From NCBI RefSeq assembly GCF_006345805.1, contig NC_042998.1:190216001-190280000 (forward strand): a stretch of 64,000 nt of DNA, read 5' to 3'. The translations under genes were made by a program, and so were the position numbers. Numbering within the stretch: position 1 is the stretch's first letter; each line of letters starts with the position of its first letter. A model generated the notes under the pieces. The model did not search any database. It was not told where the DNA came from and saw only the letters and a list, made by a program, of their open reading frames with translations. Source of the DNA: Octopus sinensis. Lineage: Eukaryota. Below are positions 62,689-64,000 of the stretch, one piece after another.

Positions 62689-64000
62689 TTAAGTGACAGC
62701 AAAACTCAATTCCAAGTTGTGAGGGAAATTGCAATTCACTTTTTGTCAAATTTCTTGTCACCCAAGTCAACAACCCTAGTTTTAATATTTCCACTTTGAG
62801 TTCAGTATCTAGAATTTTGACGATGGAATTTCAGATCCAAAGCATAACAATTCAACATGTTCTTACACCAGTTACATGAATGAAATTCTAATTGTTTTTT
62901 TTTTAATACTTCTCTGAAGATGTACAGAGTGGAGAAACCATGAAGCTGTGATATATGTAAATATTTCCTAAACTTCAGTATCATGTATGACGCAGATGAA
63001 GGAAATATCTACACCTAAATAGGATACCAGTTTATCACATCTAACATACCAGATGATCTAAACCATTTCCTGAAGTCTAAGTGAATTGAGGCAATGTAGA
63101 GTGAACTGCTATACTCAAAAACACAAGAAAGATTCAGTAGATTAAATTGAATTATCTATAAGAGGTAGTCCAAGAAGGTAATAATACCCATGTTGTGCGT
63201 GTGTGTGTGTCTATGTCAGCAAATGATGTTAACAGTAGTGAGAAACCTGATTAACAGGTGTGTTCAAACAAAAATACCTTGTATAGTATTTATTCCTTCT
63301 ATATCGCATTGATAGTAATTTGTAAATATAGTGAAATAATGAGGTCCATTGGAAACATGTAACCAATGATGTTATTGTACACAAAATGCAAATATAAAAT
63401 TATTATATTCTAAATACATCATATCTGTGCAGCTTAAGCCCAACACATTCCAACAACATTTTGTGTACGAAATCATTAAATATAATAAAAAAAAGACTTA
63501 TGTCAAGCACAAACTCGGAAATGGTAAATTCAATTTCTTATCAAACTGAGCTTACTTTCTTCATTAGCAAAACTAAGAAACAATATAATTAGATAAAATT
63601 AAAACAACTTTATATATCAAGAGATCCAACATTATGAAAATCAGCAGAACAGGAAAACTCAACTTTAAAAAAAAATTCTTGGATAAAAAGGGGATGAAAA
63701 ATAATGAATATTATTTAAAAGCAAATCCTCATTAGAGTTAAACTACAATAGAGTTAAATTTTAATCACAGTGAACATCGTGTGCAAACACTTGATTTTTA
63801 TCTGGCAAATGTCAACAAGGCTCAATGTTCCCATCATGCCTTAGTAGTAGCCATTCTACCAATAATGTTGTAATTAACTTTACATATCATGCAATAGGAT
63901 CAATTTTATGAAACATTCCTGAAATAGTTTTATAGAAAATAGTGGATGCACCTTTGACACTAGCTCACAGAACAACAAGCATCATTTGTATTTAAATGTG

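Noticed and set aside
63556-63572. 17-nt unit with good acceptor and GTAAGC donor upstream of the PH exon
   Set aside because: Not a multiple of 3 and no dynamin similarity. The expected preceding exon (WFVLT..LSW.KD) was not found and is probably beyond the window.

Overview
AT-rich, microsatellite- and retroposon-dense animal DNA. The SINE repertoire and simple-repeat load point to an octopus/coleoid cephalopod (inference). The window holds the 3' half of a classical dynamin gene on the minus strand. Seven GT-AG exons with matching phases (57576-57682, 47007-47133, 46457-46603, 44999-45058, 43226-43413, 22532-22690, 20440-20506) encode the C-terminal PH domain, stalk/GED and proline-rich domain. 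They are followed by a ~10 kb SINE-free, U-rich stretch that looks like a very long 3'UTR. The most interesting signals are not on the ORF track. (i) The 20.5 kb GED-PRD intron contains an array of frame-preserving phase-2 microexon candidates (36, 3 and 27 nt), and the PH intron has a 6-nt candidate. (ii) A stop codon is built into the penultimate donor site. (iii) There are several dsRNA-forming elements: a 52-bp imperfect 3'UTR stem, a 281-bp near-perfect palindrome, a fold-back carrying decayed hammerhead-like cores, and inverted SINE pairs bracketing exons. The rest is a dead DD37D/maT transposon, hAT, piggyBac and Helitron-like non-autonomous elements, RTE/CR1 LINE relics, four tRNA-type or tailed SINE-like families and simple repeats. 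Almost all ORFs in the supplied track are artefacts of repeats. No prokaryotic system or CRISPR array is present. All alternative-exon and RNA-structure claims are predictions from sequence only.
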